NCBI GenBank assembly: GCA_964019425.1
Contig: OZ025800.1
Location: forward strand, 806,001-870,000
Length of the DNA stretch: 64,000 nucleotides
Origin: Flectonema sp. DT1601
Taxonomy: Eukaryota
Direction: 5' to 3'
The first letter of the stretch is position 1. Each line of letters begins with the position of its first letter. The translations under genes were made by a program, and so were the position numbers. Positions 36,201-47,989 of this stretch are shown one piece after another. The notes below the pieces were generated by a model. It saw only the letters and a program-made list of their open reading frames with translations. It did no database searches and had not been told where the DNA came from.

Positions 36201-37248
36201 TGATGTCACTGTCAATGTGAATTAACTCGTTCTCTTCGGTGTCAAGATCTACATCAATAGCACTGCAATCACAGTCATCATCAACGTCTATTAAGGTTTC
36301 TGTTTGTTGGTATTGTGAGAAGGTAATTATTGATAATTAATACAAGTTAACAATGTCATACCTTCTTCAAGAGGTTGGACCTGTCTTGAAGTTGGAAGTA
36401 TTGGATGACCACCTAAGGATAGTTTAAGTAATAATTTACGAAGAGCAATACGAATCGATGTTATTAATACTTTACGAGTCTCAGGTTTTGATAAGTAGCT
36501 GCTGCTGTTAACTTCTTCAGTGTGAACCATGTCATTCGCTGTTCCGGAAGCTGTGATTGGAAGAGTCAGCATTGAGGTCGCGAAAACTCCACAACTAATA
36601 CCTGTTTGAATAGATTTATTTGTTATTAGTGATTAAATGATGTTACAAGATTGCTATTCAATAAAACATACCAATCAACTCTCCAGAATACTCGATTTTT
36701 CGATCTTCAGCAATCCAATACCTACATGAGATCCTCCTTGATAATAACAATGGAGTAAGAAGAGCATCACAGTCATTACTAATAGTACAGATGACTCCCA
36801 TGTAGGAACTACCTGGACGACTCTTTCTTCTTAATAAGATACATTGATGAGGATCGATAGTTGGAGTCAGATGCTCACCTTTTGAAAGAATAACACCTTG
36901 AGTATGATGTTCAGTCACGCCCCATACTCGGATTACTCCAATTAGTTTCTGTTTAAGATCAGGTTCTTGAATATAATTATAAAAAGCTTCTGGAGGGTGT
37001 TCAACTACTTTATCAATATGCTTCACCCATGCCAAAATCCAAGCAAGTTGCCATGCTGTGGCTTCCTGTTTTGGTTGCCCAGCTCCTCTAAAACCTAACC
37101 CCCGAAGTTCTTTTCGTAGTAGAGGTTTGCTGTGATTAGTTTCATAAAGTATTCCTTTTATTTCTTTAGAATTGGAATCATACGGAAATCCAGAGACGAC
37201 ACCACCCGTAACCCTTTTTATTAGAGAATGTGCTTCTCGCTCATCCAT
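33201..37248 (-). CDS. RAD5: RAD5/HLTF-like SNF2 helicase with RING finger, 1216 aa, 6 exons
   Basis: [38 protein letters not shown]3HC4 [36 protein letters not shown] introns 36602-36671, 36300-36361, 34847-34920, 33929-33992 and 33544-33670 give a continuous 3651-nt frame; the N-terminus may be HIRAN-like. Confidence 0.92.
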
Positions 37249-38778
37249 TTACTACTTACTTACCATTCCTGGGTGTGCTTTTAATTTGAAAGAAGTTGAT
37301 AATAAAAGTGACACTTTTAAAAAGTAACAATCAGAAGAACCCAAGACAAGAAACATATAACCAGATGGGGGTAAAATTATTCAGGACATGGGAAGTGCAG
37401 TGAGGGGGAAAAAAACGAATGCGATTGTAGGAACAGCTGGGCGTTGGCAATTTGGAGGGGGGGAACAAATTTAAGTTTTTGTTGTTGTATTTTTTTCGTC
37501 AAATAAAGGATTAGACTACCTTGCTTAGCCCGGTTCGAAAATTGTAAGCAAAAATAAGTTTGTGGAAAAAATTTTCACAAAAAATAACAGCAAAATTACG
37601 CTATTTTTTTTTATACCTTATTTTTCCACACTTTTTTTTTTTAATTGTTTTGCCACCAATTATTGGAGAAAAAAAAAAAAAAATTCCCCATACATTTCAT
37701 TTCGTACACACATGACTGTAAACAGAAGAAGAATGGTAAAAAACTACCATGCTATTTGTGGGTGATACATAAATTAAGTCTATCCCGTGAACTTGAAGTT
37801 GAGTGGGAAAGCAATGCGAATTATATAATAAAACAATCAACATTGTGAATGAGGCAATCTATTACCAAATATCGCTTAACTACTCTTTATCAGGTACAAG
37901 GTACAATTAACAATGATAGAGCGTAGGTGTTAGAGAAGGAAGCTTGGCATGATTGATTGATTGATATGAACCTTAAAGTTGAATGGGAAAAAAATGTTCA
38001 ACTTTTAAACAAAAGATGAAAATAATTTATCCTACAAACGCTTAAACTAACAACCGGACATGGCAAAAAAAAAAAAAAAAAAAAAAAAAAATTGTCGACT
38101 TACTGTCTGCCATCTGAGACACTATGAAGTATCCAGAGCTCGCTCACAGCAACACAACAGGAGAAGACCCAATCCGTAACATAAACTGTTTTCGGATCAT
38201 TGGCCTCGTAGTAAACGAAGCCTAGCTTAGGGTGTGAACCGGTAGTAAAGATGATTTCATTATTCATTGTTCTTTTTTAATCTGAGATGGAGTTGTTTTT
38301 TTTTTTTTTTATTAGTATTTTTGGTTTGAGGTGCTGCTAAATTAAAATGTCCCTTCGAAACTCAACTGCAGTGAACGTGAGACTCGTCCTGGTACTTATT
38401 AGCGTATTGTGATGCAAGAAGTTGTGGGGGAATCTGGTGGTGTATTCGGAGATGTTAAAAAAAAAAACTAATTATGTCTAATGCGTAAATACTATTTAAC
38501 ATATCAAGTCAAGTACCGTAGTTGTGACAAATATATAGGCAATCTGTTGCATAAAACAGAATACAAAAAAAAAAAATAATAATAATAATTACAGTCTATT
38601 CTGACTGGAAAAATACTTCTACTTTGGCTACGACAAGGCTTTTGAATACAGACCTTGCTATTTATTGACTATCGAAGTCGAACGATAACGAGCTTGTGGA
38701 GAACAAAAGAACAGAAGGTTGGGGGGAAAAAAAAAAGAAAGAAAAAACCATTCAGATAAGCCTTATATTTTGTTGATC

Positions 38779-39014
38779 GCAGACAGTATTACTGGCGCGC
38801 AAGGAAAATAAGTAACATGATAATAATAAATAAAACGGCTCTTAATCTGAACAGTCCGACTTTTTCGGTGCAAAAAAAAAAAAAAAAAAGGAAAAGAGGA
38901 AAAAGTTATCGTCTCCGTGTCTTTGGAAAATAGTTTTCGTTTGAGCCAAGACATTATTATTTTTTCGTAGATTTTTTTTTTCAACATAAGTTTCGGTAGT
39001 AGTAAGTGACGTAC

Positions 39015-39045
<31 letters not shown>

Positions 39046-40068
39046 CGAAGCCTAGGAAGCCAAAAGCCAGGAAAAGCTCACAGAGTAACAGCTATATCGC
39101 TACCAGCAACCGTGAGACTCTCACAGATGATAAGAGACGTAGAATAACCTGGAACAAATGACTACCTAAACCCACCGTCCACGCGAGCAGACACTGTTAG
39201 AGACTTATTATCAACGTTGATCAAGAAAAGAAAAAAGGAGGGGTAAAAACACGGTACGATTAATCAATTAAAAGCAGTCGCAATTAATAACAGGAAACCA
39301 GTAAACAAGCAAATGTTTCAATGCCATAAGCTTTTTCGGGTATCTCACCCCCATTGGGAAGTAAAATGATGAATTTAAAATACGCAAGCAAAGGATTTGT
39401 CTGAAAGTCGCAGATGCAAGAATACTCCTTGATGTCGTGGAAGAAGAAAAAGAAGGGGGGGAAAAGAAAAACTGCTGCTGAACTCATCAGTATTAACTAC
39501 GGCATGGCATAAAATGGATTGAATATTTATTTTTTCCGATTCAAAAGAACTCGACTTCTGGATATGATGAGACGTAGTTTATACATTCAAGAGCCGGGCT
39601 TAACAGCACCGATTTGGGAATAGGAACTCTGGATGCTGAATAACTGAATTTTTTTTTTTTTTTTTATATGAAGAGATCTGTAGGGAAGGGAAAAAAGACG
39701 CAGTCCACACAACGAGCAGTAACAAGTCATGTTTAAACTACGCAGCCATTCATTCATTTCCAATTTTTTTTTCTTTTATTAAAATCGTGTCCTTGCGAGT
39801 TTTATTAATATATTTGATGCACACCAGGTGCGTGGGCTCAATAAAGAAACACTTTAGAATAAAAAGAGTTAGTTTAACTGGAGAGAACTTGCACTGAATG
39901 TGCGTCCTTCCAAAGCACTTGCTCTATTTTGTTTTTCTGATTTCTTTGCTTGATTGAGGGGAGGAGTGAAATTCGTTTGACTGCAGACAGTAATACTGGC
40001 GCGCACACAATAAATAAACGACTCTTAAATCTGAATGGTTTCTTCTCCGACTTCGTCGGTGCAAAAAA
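38779..40068. repeat. Two diverged copies of a 90-100 bp element (38779-38880 and 39983-40068)
   Basis: Shared blocks gcagacagtaWtactggcgcgca, aataaataaa(a)cgRctctta(a)atctgaa and tccgactt..tcggtgcaaaaaa occur in the same order. Confidence 0.8.
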
Positions 40069-40754
40069 GAAAAAGGGAAAAAAGAAGAAATTGATTACCT
40101 CTATCACGAACAACTATTGATACCCTTTGTATCCAAAGCAAACAACAAGACAAGTCAACGAAACGTTTCATTCGTCAGCTAAGTGATGAAGAGAAGGTTT
40201 TCAAATGAAAATACTCTTCAGTTGTCGCACCCTTAGAACTCGTTTTAACTTCAATCACTTTTAGCAAAGGTCATCGTTATAACGTAAATCTTGTTTTGTG
40301 CGCAACCGTTACAAAATCCTAATAAACGAATAGGTTAGTTACACTGTCACAATTCTCTTTCTACCGAACAATGGGTTTGTAGGTACAAAAAAAAAATCGA
40401 TTTCTTTTTGCAGTCTGAGTAGTTGTTTCGAACAGCCAATAATAATTCTTCTGATGTGCTTCTAAGTGCGAAAATTTCGGTGCAAGTGCTTCGGTGGGAG
40501 AGAGGGTAATCAACCCACTAACAGCAAGCATATCTCGAAGCACATCGGTAACGAGGGAAAGAAGTAGAAAAGAATGTGTTGCAGAAGAAATGTAAACAAG
40601 ATCGTTGAAAGATAAAAATAAAAATAAATATTCGTGAACTGTTAGGAAGCTAAACTAAAACAGACGGATGACACAAACGTTTGAAATTTATTTGCCATCC
40701 GAGAACGCCTAGCTATCACCTACTATTGTTTGCAAATTAAGGAGGGAAGGTTGA

Positions 40755-41174
40755 GTAATCATAGCCTATCTATACAGCACGGATGTAATCATAGTCTATC
40801 TATACAGCACGGATGTAATCATAGTCTATCTATACAGCACGGATGTAATCATAGTCTATCTATACAGCACGGATGTAATCATAGTCTATCTATACAGCAC
40901 GGATGTAATCATAGTCTATCTATACAGCACGGATGTAATCATAGCCTATCTATACAGCACGGATGTAATCATAGCCTATCTATACAGCACGGATGTAATC
41001 ATAGCCTATCTATACAGCACGGATGTAATCATAGCCTATCTATACAGCACGGATGTAATCATAGTCTATCTATACAGCACGGATGTAATCATAGCCTATC
41101 TATACAGCACGGATGTAATCATAGCCTATCTATACAGCACGGATGTAATCATAGTCTATCTATACAGCACGGAT
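40755..41174. repeat. Minisatellite, 14 x 30 bp, unit gtaatcatagYctatctatacagcacggat
   Basis: Directly visible; there is one variable site, with order C,T,T,T,T,T,C,C,C,C,T,C,C,T. No spacers. Confidence 0.98.
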
Positions 41175-43531
41175 GAGAAACGCTTCTTGAAAGTCTGGGG
41201 AAGAGAGGGAGGAACCAATAAAAAAAGAAGACTTACAAACACGAACCACTATAACAGCAAGCTAACTGAACACAAGTTGTTAACTAGCACATCCCCTTCA
41301 ATCTTCCAGAGCGAAATTCAAAAAAAAAAAAAAAAAAAAAAAAAAACAAGTTTCAAGTTTCAAGTTGCGAAGCTATCTCCTCAAGAAAAAGTGCGAAGCA
41401 ACCTCGGGATTGTATTCAACTCTTTGGATACAGTGACGAGTGTATCAAATTAAAACAAATTCCACCAGCAAACATTATCTGCAAGTTTACACGAAACAAT
41501 ATGAGAACCAGACAAACAAAAAAAAAAAAAAAAAAATTAAGCGTCTACGAAACGTTCTGCAAAACTATTACTACCCACGACCCTCCTATACATCTTTGAG
41601 GAATTCAGCTCAGGGAAGTTAAACATCACTAAAATAACTCAGAAGTAGGTTGACTACATACTTCAACTAACTAAATAGCCAAGCAGACGGGAACACACTA
41701 CAACACTTTCATGATAAATGAGTTAGTTTGGAATAATTTATTATTAGAAGCAATAGCATGCAAAAGAAGAAGAAAAAAAAAAGAAGAAAAAAAACGAACA
41801 TATAAAGCAATGGCTTACAACTTAATTGTAGAAAGTGACCAAATAAAAATGAATAATAAAACGCACAGAATCAGACAAAACACCAAGGTAAAAAAAAAAA
41901 AAAAAAAAAGCTAATAAACTATTTACTTAAATCATCCCCTTGTAGGATGTAAGTACTTCTAATCATTACAAAATACGTCGTAAAAGAATAAGGTCACTCT
42001 TCACAGTCACAGTACACTACTTCTACATTCAAACAAACGGGATTGATAGAGGACAAGGATGCAGTGTACCATAGCTATGTTCTGAGAGTAGTACACGTGT
42101 ACTATTTACCTTTATTCTCTCATCGTCATTATGGCGTACAACAGAGAGGTGTGATAGATGGGAAGGGGGGGTCTCCAGCCAACAAAATGCCCAACGAAAC
42201 AAACAATCACAGAATCCAAAATACAGAACCAATGGGGGGGTAATAAAATAAAAAATAAACCAAATGCTTTATTGCGCCGATGACCGCACGCCCTGCTTGG
42301 AGACAGTTTTTAAAAAAATAAAATCAAACCAATACAAAAGCGACTTTTTAAGAGATATGTGTTCTTTCGCAATTGCTTTATGGATACAATGTTAGTTCCC
42401 CAAGGGCGAGCGTAACAGCTACGTTGCTAAGTAAAAGTAGTGGCCACAATACGGACAATAGAACAAAAAAAAGTAATAAATAGAAAATAAGAGAAGGGGA
42501 AACCCCCTACTAGCAGCACCTTTCATTCTCCTATATAGTGTATTCGGATTGGCTCTCAGAGAAAATCGGATAAGGCTGCGTAAAGAGCACTAATTACATT
42601 GTATACCAGACTACCAATCATCTCTGCTGAGCCCAAAGGAACCCAATAAAAACAACGAAAGGGGAAAAAAAAAAAGAATATAAGAATATCTACTAAGACG
42701 TAGACCTCAATTATAGAGAAGAACATAAAAACTGCTTATTGGGTTCATTTCTATCGAAAAAGAAGTGAAAATGAAGGGAAAGGGTAATAGAGATAATAAT
42801 GCGAAGTCTAGGGGCAAAAAAAAAAGAGGGAAGGGACGGTGGCGACGGACATACATTATAATGATAAAACTGACACTAAGACATAACATAAAACATAAAA
42901 CATAAGAGTTGTTCGCATTCATTTTTTTTTTTTATCCATTCGCGGGGATTAGAGGAAAAAAAGGGAGAAAAAAAAGGAGATAAACCCGCTCTGACTATTT
43001 CGTTATAATTGTCCTTTAGCCTGTTCTCAAAACAGGCAAAAAAAATAAAGAACCAAGAAAATAATAATAATAATAATAATAATAATATAGTTGAACATTA
43101 TCCAACCACTCAGAGAAATACTACAGAGATTGTCAACTTTTTTTTTTTTTTTTTTTTCCTCCTTCCGTGTTTTCTTTCATTATTTTTTTTTTAATTTATT
43201 TATTTATATAAGCAAGCTCCTTTTCAGAAGACTTGCAAGAATAGCATCTCTGTGAATTCCCAGCAAACGCATTCATGTATTTTTAGTATTTTTTTTTCAT
43301 TTACTAAATATTATAAACCCAATTATAGCTCATTAGCTGCTTGTTGAGTACAATCAACAGAGATAGAAAGACAACTACCATTCAGTTTAAGTACCGTTTT
43401 CAGGGTTGGCTGGCTATTTGTTTATCATCAAAATCAGAGTCAGGAACGCTTGCAACGTCATTTGCGGCTGTTATGTTTTTTTAGTTGTTATTTGTTGTTA
43501 TTTACTATTTTATTTATACATAAAACACAAA

Positions 43532-45376
43532 TTACATACTTGAGTGTGGCGACAATGGAGGGCTCGCAGCAGTCCCAAGACGATAACTTTCAAGTTTGCA
43601 CCTGAGTACTGGGGAGTTTGCTATAGGAGGAGGAGGAGAAGTAATGCTCGCTAAACTAACTGATCTACGACGAGCTTCCTTACGAAGTTGCATACCAGGA
43701 GCTCTTGGAACAGGTAGTATGAAATTCGTTGGAGCTATACTCGCACGTGGAATTCTACTTAGTAGAGGACGGGGTGTAAACGTCATTATTCGAACTGTTC
43801 TGCAATATTCTTTTGGTAGTTCGCCTGTTGCTTTTTTAACTTCAGCAACAAAACGTTGAACACGAGCACAAACAAGAGCAGCAGTGTGATTCTTCGATTG
43901 ATGAACGTATGTAGCCATCATTTCACATGCAAGAGCAACATCACCTGCTCTAAGAACCTTCCAAGCTTTATCATAATTACCATCAACAGCAAGGGAATAT
44001 AACCATTCATCTTGAGATTCTACAGTACCACTTCTACCAACTAAGTAACAGACCTCCTGGGGAGAACCATCAACTCCTACTTGAATAACATCAACAGCAA
44101 CAGATGTGATATGACCCTGACACTCATCAGCTATTCTTCTATCAACAATTATATCGAAACCTGTGTCTCTAGCGACTGCTTGAAGAGCTTTTGCACCTCC
44201 GACAATGCGTCCGAGAACTGCAGAACCTTTCAGCGCGTCGGTTCCTAAGGTACCACATATAGCTGGACCTTGTGCTGCTCCCATGTATGTTGCAGGGAGG
44301 TGAAGAGGGGAATCGGTGTCGCGATGTTCATTCTTAAACGCGATGTGCATAGCATCAAGCCGCTCCCTTACTTTTAACAACCACCTACCTGCCTTTTGAC
44401 CAGGTACTGAACACGGAACCAATCCTCCGAAATTTACGTGTATCTCGTCACCAACAAACCTCTCAACAACAGCAGCGCAAGACTTTGCGTCTGCTGTGCA
44501 AGCTTCTATCCATTTTGAATGGAACTTCATTACTGTATCAAGTTCATAGGACTTACTAAAGTCATTAAAACCTTTTGTGTTTAGAATTGCCTCTGTGACA
44601 ACACGTCGACAGACTAACTCGTTAGAGGCCTTGCCAGGTCTGAGGAAGGCATTTTTCGCAGCGATGACCGCAGTCAATCCCCGCATTGAAGTAGACTTCT
44701 GAGGACTTGAATGAGAAGACGATATGGTTCCAGGATTCGATTCCGAGGCATCGAAGTCAGACTTCTGACAGCTGGAATCGGCGATTGTTGACGTTTCTGG
44801 ATCGTCGCTCTCTTCCAAGTCACTTTGTGAAGATCTTATTGTGTCTTTGTCAAGACTTTTCTGATCAGGTGGTGTTGCTACAATTCCAACGTAGCTGTCC
44901 CAACCTTCAGCAGCAAGCATCCCATGAATATCACCCGATGAAGAATAGCCACGGGCTACACTTGTTTTCCCTCCTCCAGCAGTCGAAGCTGAGTTTGATC
45001 TCCGTGGGATGAATCTACTTATCTTTCTTAACTGAGTGATTGCATCGCACATGGCTTTTGCCATGTCTTCCATCTCAGATGGAATGAGTTGAGCTGCGAC
45101 GAAGTTATTCCACTCATCACAAGTTTGGTCAAACTGTAAGATACTAATACCATACAAAGCCATTGAAAACCCTTCATAACATGATTTCTCTCTTGATAAT
45201 ACAACTAACCCTGTCCCAAGTGTTGCTGCAACTGATATTATTGCCATTGAAATCACACATGCTATTACTTCACCTGTTCCATCACTCTTCCATATGGCTA
45301 TCCCCGCCAACCCACAACTAACAATTAAGTTCAGGGTAGCGGCGAGTACAATCACCATTCGTGATGAGGTGATCAT
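43532..45376 (-). CDS. Membrane-anchored class III nucleotide cyclase-like protein, probably catalytically degenerate
   Basis: Two N-terminal TM helices; cyclase-like LNTKGF, VVERFVGDEIHVNFG and GAAQGPAICGTLG. U-rich CAG acceptor at 45391-45393. Confidence 0.75.
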   Translation of the reverse strand: MITSSRMVIVLAATLNLIVSCGLAGIAIWKSDGTGEVIACVISMAIISVAATLGTGLVVLSREKSCYEGFSMALYGISILQFDQTCDEWNNFVAAQLIPSEMEDMAKAMCDAITQLRKISRFIPRRSNSASTAGGGKTSVARGYSSSGDIHGMLAAEGWDSYVGIVATPPDQKSLDKDTIRSSQSDLEESDDPETSTIADSSCQKSDFDASESNPGTISSSHSSPQKSTSMRGLTAVIAAKNAFLRPGKASNELVCRRVVTEAILNTKGFNDFSKSYELDTVMKFHSKWIEACTADAKSCAAVVERFVGDEIHVNFGGLVPCSVPGQKAGRWLLKVRERLDAMHIAFKNEHRDTDSPLHLPATYMGAAQGPAICGTLGTDALKGSAVLGRIVGGAKALQAVARDTGFDIIVDRRIADECQGHITSVAVDVIQVGVDGSPQEVCYLVGRSGTVESQDEWLYSLAVDGNYDKAWKVLRAGDVALACEMMATYVHQSKNHTAALVCARVQRFVAEVKKATGELPKEYCRTVRIMTFTPRPLLSRIPRASIAPTNFILPVPRAPGMQLRKEARRRSVSLASITSPPPPIANSPVLRCKLESYRLGTAASPPLSPHSSM

Positions 45377-45824
45377 ACCATGATCTTACCCTGAAAGGTG
45401 AAAAAATAATTAAACACAACGAACTAACTAACTGGACACTATGAAAAGTACTATTTTAACGTAACATTTGAGTTATGCTGATGAGAAATAAGTGATGAAA
45501 CGAATCAAGTATTTGACCTCTCAGATATTTAACCACGATAAACATCATCTAGGGATCGTGTCACCCGCGGGAGTGGAAATAATAACCAAAAACTGCTTTC
45601 ATTGAACACATGATTGCAAAACAACCAAATCCAGAGAACTGAGTACTTAAAAAAATAAATTAAAAAAAAAAAAAAAAACAGAGAGCATTGTTAAATATAA
45701 CGAAAAGCAAAAAAAAAAAAAAAAAAAAAGTTTTTTTTCTTCCATCTAAGGGGGTACAGAATATGTTGTCAGACGCATATGAGTTTGTTATAAAACAGTT
45801 CACTATCAAAATGAACGAAATTTT

Positions 45825-45858
<34 letters not shown>

Positions 45859-47989
45859 ATCGTTCGGTTACCATTAATGGAACCCCACAGATTTCACAAA
45901 AAGATACAATTTTTTTCCATAACACTTTTTAAGACTAACAATATTAAACAAAAGACACCGAAAAGTCCAACACAGTTATTTCCTTGATTAAATCCTTGGG
46001 AATCGGAATGCAGTTGACCGAAACAACACGGGCAGCAGTGAGTAGATGAAATAGGTCAGCCGAGCCAGCGCACGGATTAGAATTACCTGAGCGGATACAA
46101 TGAGAAAATAGAAAGAACCACAACAACTTAAATAGAACTTACTTAAGATATCTGTATGGGATAATTGTCAAACACTGACGCAACTTGTGTCGTGATGGGG
46201 ATCGGTGATTTCAACTAAGTTACTTGAATTAGAAATGACAGTAGTTGACAATACTAAACTAAAGCTATAGAAATAGTACAAAAAGATACCCTAGATCAAA
46301 GGTAGCAGAGTAGCTGCAATTAAGAACTACCTCACAGTGAACGGAGGATCCACTCTGGTGTGCAAACTCTAACTGGTTTAGTCAGAGTTTTGAAGAAAGG
46401 GTGTTAGTTGGTGTGATAGATTGAAACCACATAATTGACTAAACAAACAATTGGTTCATCGAATAGGAAACGATTAGAAGAGATTATTTCCCTGAAAAGA
46501 TAACAGAGAGTCAAGTACAGTCGTTTTATTCTAGTTCAATAAGGTTTTTTTAAAAAAAGAAATATATAAGAAGGGAGGGGCTTTGAGGCGAGCAATTACA
46601 CTTTGCCTTAGGACTGAACTGCTGTTGACACGGAAACCTTCTCCACTTCGGCCTTCAATGTTCTCTATTGAAAATTCGCTTCTACAATCACAGATTTGAT
46701 GCTTTTTTGAAAATCAAAGAGACTTGTTAGCTTGTATCTCTGCATTCAAAAACAAAAAAAAAGCACCAAAATAAAATAAAAAGTTTTTTCATTTATTTAT
46801 GCGAAAAAAATTGCTTTGTTGGAGTCAACATGTTTCAGGAAAGAACATCCAATTTGTGAAACAGATCGACTACCCTGATCCACAGCAAAGCATAAATATC
46901 AAATAGTAATCAAATAAAGCTAAACATAAAACAAAACAAAAAAAAAAAAGAGCGTCAATATATATTATATTTTTCTTTTTAAAGCTAGTTAGTGTGGCGT
47001 AATACATTTAGCAGCAACTTTATGTCTCAGACAGCTGGTCCAAGAAAACTTTATAGCTGAAGTGGATAGACAGAATTTGAAGAAAAAGTGGTCTGGCCGT
47101 AGTAAGTAACTTCATACACCAAAAGGAAAGACTAACTTCACTTTTTTTTCCCTTTTTTTTTTACTCACGCCCCTTGTTTTGTTTGTGCGCAACTATGGTG
47201 CAAAATCCTTACAAAATAAGAGACTCTGCAGGATACCCTTTCTACTGATAGATAGATAGATAGATAAGGAAGTCCAATACATTGCGTACTGTGCATCGCT
47301 GATACAGCAAACTAAAGAGCATCGCTGATCCATGGGTTTGTTGGTATAAGAAGAAAAGAAAAAAGAAACAAAGAAAGAAAAAAACCAGAGATTCTTTATT
47401 TTTTCTTCTTTTTCCAGTAAAAATTATCCGAGGGAAGGGAAAAAACAAAGAAAAACTATCTAACAAAACCCGTTGCTATTTTTACGTGAAAAGGGGAGTG
47501 CCTAAAAAAAATATAGAAGAAAAAGAGAGAGAGAAAAAAAAACTGAACAGATATAAAAGAAGTAGGTAAATCGATGATATGTGCCTAAAGATTTCATACA
47601 AGTACTCTGAGTCATGTTTACTTCCAGAATAGCAAATCCAAAAGTTCTTAGAAAGGCAGCAGACAGTAATTATCTACAAAAAATGAGTTGTTTGAGTTAA
47701 GCCTACCGATGGAGAGACTCCCTCAGATGGTGTATTGTCGACAGTAATACGACGAGATGGTACGAAAGAAACTCTCGCTTCTAGTCCCCGGTATCAACAG
47801 TGTGTGTGGTGATACAATTACTGGAAGGATTATGGCGGAACGCCTGATTTGCTTGAGATGATGGGGGGGACTATGCGTCACACCCGATGATAAGAAAACA
47901 TTATTATTTATAACTCATTTATTGCAGCAGTGTAAACTTTAAATGTAAAAAAAAAAAAAAAAAAAAAATTACTTTCCCCAAAACTATCT

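Noticed and set aside
37505..37550. tRNA suggested by ggttcgaa
   Set aside because: No T-stem, acceptor stem or cloverleaf.
40046..40068. tracrRNA-like end (gtcggtgc)
   Set aside because: Only an 8-nt similarity, followed by A rather than U; no Cas9, TnpB or Fanzor gene in the window.
40755..41174. CRISPR array, or the 148-aa NHSLSIQHGC repeat protein
   Set aside because: The units are contiguous with no unique spacers and there are no cas genes. The ORF starts at TTG rather than ATG, is antisense to all genes and is open only because the unit is a multiple of 3.
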